A stretch of 52,575 nucleotides of DNA, from the NCBI GenBank assembly GCA_018398765.1, contig JAHBMJ010000253.1:1-52575 (forward strand), given 5' to 3'. Below the pieces are notes generated by a model, which saw nothing but the letters and a program-made list of their open reading frames with translations, did not search any database and was not told where the DNA came from. Source of the DNA: Chromera velia (taxonomy: Eukaryota). The position numbers and the translations under genes were made by a program. Below, piece after piece: positions 51,282-52,575 of this stretch; the stretch's first letter is position 1, and each line of letters begins with the position of its first letter.

Positions 51282-51316
51282 CTGTGTGTGTCTGTGTGTG
51301 TGTGTGTGTGTGTGTA
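50941..51316. repeat. (GTGAGT)n / (GT)n microsatellite
   Basis: Directly visible. Confidence 0.95.
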
Positions 51317-51353
51317 TTTAAATATTTATATATGTTCATATATGTGCTTGCAG

Positions 51354-51568
51354 CTCTTGCAGACCTTCTTGATTGTTCCTTTCAGACCGGCGGTGCCCTC
51401 CGTATCATCGGATACTTGAAGCCTCGCAAAGCAGACCAAAAGCACAACACCAACATTAAAGCCTACATCTCCACCCTCATTTTCACCAACCATAAGGAAC
51501 TCTTGGAGCTTACTGATACGGATGCCCTTCTAAAGACTGATCAGTTTCGGTTAGAAAGGTTTCTGTGA
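51354..51568 (+). CDS. Probable terminal exon of an unknown gene whose intron may contain the 58-bp array
   Basis: TTGCAG acceptor followed by protein-like ALADLLDCSFQTGGALRIIGYLKPRK...FRLERFL*. A possible upstream exon MYGIENVRSLW ends at a GTGAG donor near 49993. Confidence 0.4.
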
Positions 51569-52237
51569 TGGGTATTGCACATCTCCAGAAAGTCTGATAT
51601 GATTGTAATTGTCCTTCATTTGAAACAATGTCAAACGGCCTTTCCCGATAGCACTTAATATTATTATCAAAGTGGCATTACAGTGGTATCAACGTGGCAA
51701 TCACTGCTTCACCCTTTATACGATTTCAAACTAGTTTTTTAAAGAATATTATGGTCTTTTTAAATTCATAAACTAATAAAGTTTATAAAATTTTGGCTAA
51801 ACATCTTTTTCTAAACACATAATTCTACATTTACGTATAAATCGGGATGATAAAATTTTAAGTAAGCTTTTACATGATTATATGATATTTTAGCTAGCTA
51901 AGAAAAATAAGCTACAATATTTTAGCACATATTGTACAGCATAATTTTTGGAATTAAACTAAATTCACATACGTATACTACAGTCATTGAAATAAATCAT
52001 ATATCGGGGGGGCACTTTATTTTTTTTTTTTTATTGAATGAATGAATGAAGTTGGCTTTGCTAGAGTGGAGCCGTGCTCCCAGCAGCCCATGTTCATGCA
52101 AGAGATCGTCAATCACTCAACTCTAGAGATAAAGCTAAGCGTGAGATCCCCTGAAGTGCTCGCTTGGTGAGCTCATAAGCAGCATGCGCGTTGGAGGTGG
52201 CAATATAAGACTCGAACAGAAGAAGAAAAGGTCGTGT

Positions 52238-52575
52238 TCACACAGAGACAGGCGTGCACAGTGAGTGACAAAGATCGCAAACGGCTTTGCATGCTTCATA
52301 CGGATCGACTTGTAAAGCCAAAAGCAGCATCTTCCTCGCTTCTGTTTTGGCTGTATCCGATCCCTCAATTCCTTCTCTCTGAATCCTTTGCTTCACTTTC
52401 TTTCCCTCTACCACTTTGTTTAGTTTATTTCTTGCTTCTACCCAATTGGAGCATACTGAAAGCCGGTGCCAGAGATCATCAATTTTTCTTCCATTTGAAC
52501 AACCCTCTGCCAGACAAAACACCTCTCCCGGAGAGTTGGCCCCCCCCGTTAGACCCTTCCGATTTAGTGTCAATG
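52238..52575 (-). pseudogene. Truncated ORF with Cys/His pattern resembling a Zn-binding HNH-type nuclease
   Basis: CLAEGC...DDLWHR...EACKAVCDLCH. The frame stays protein-like after the TGA at 52238-52240 (TRPFLLLFESYIATSNAHAAYELTKRALQG). Runs off the window end. Confidence 0.3.

Noticed and set aside
50140..51419. ORFs of 95-326 aa across the 58-bp array and GT tract
   Set aside because: These are periodic translations of mini- and microsatellites, not proteins. The array is also not a CRISPR array.

Overview
Eukaryotic nuclear DNA with GT-AG introns full of microsatellites. Gene style and a bipartite plastid-type presequence suggest a chromerid/alveolate alga such as Chromera, but this is inference only. 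Host genes: an intronless HSD17B10-type SDR (3984-4763 +), a multi-exon coiled-coil/low-complexity protein (17059-21858 -), a 6-exon PLAC8 protein (22796-25311 +), a multi-exon NHL-repeat protein (27876-32662 -), an 8-exon signal-peptide-bearing inositol 5-phosphatase-like protein with a repeated C-terminal tail (34523-39870 +), an intronless PRMT-fold methyltransferase (42278-43513 -) and a putatively plastid-targeted DUF1826 protein (45989-49044 -). AT-rich blocks, mainly 5.1-17 kb and 26-27.8 kb, hold non-autonomous TIR elements, several with 8-bp target-site duplications and some nested, plus decayed passenger genes. The clearest unexplained signal is that repeat copies differ almost only by C/T and G/A transitions, many at CpA/TpG, which resembles fungal RIP. 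Minisatellite arrays (about 45 bp and 58 bp units) lie near both window ends. A CpG-rich, highly structured ~190-bp direct-repeat element sits upstream of the SDR gene. No CRISPR array, rRNA or tRNA was recognised.
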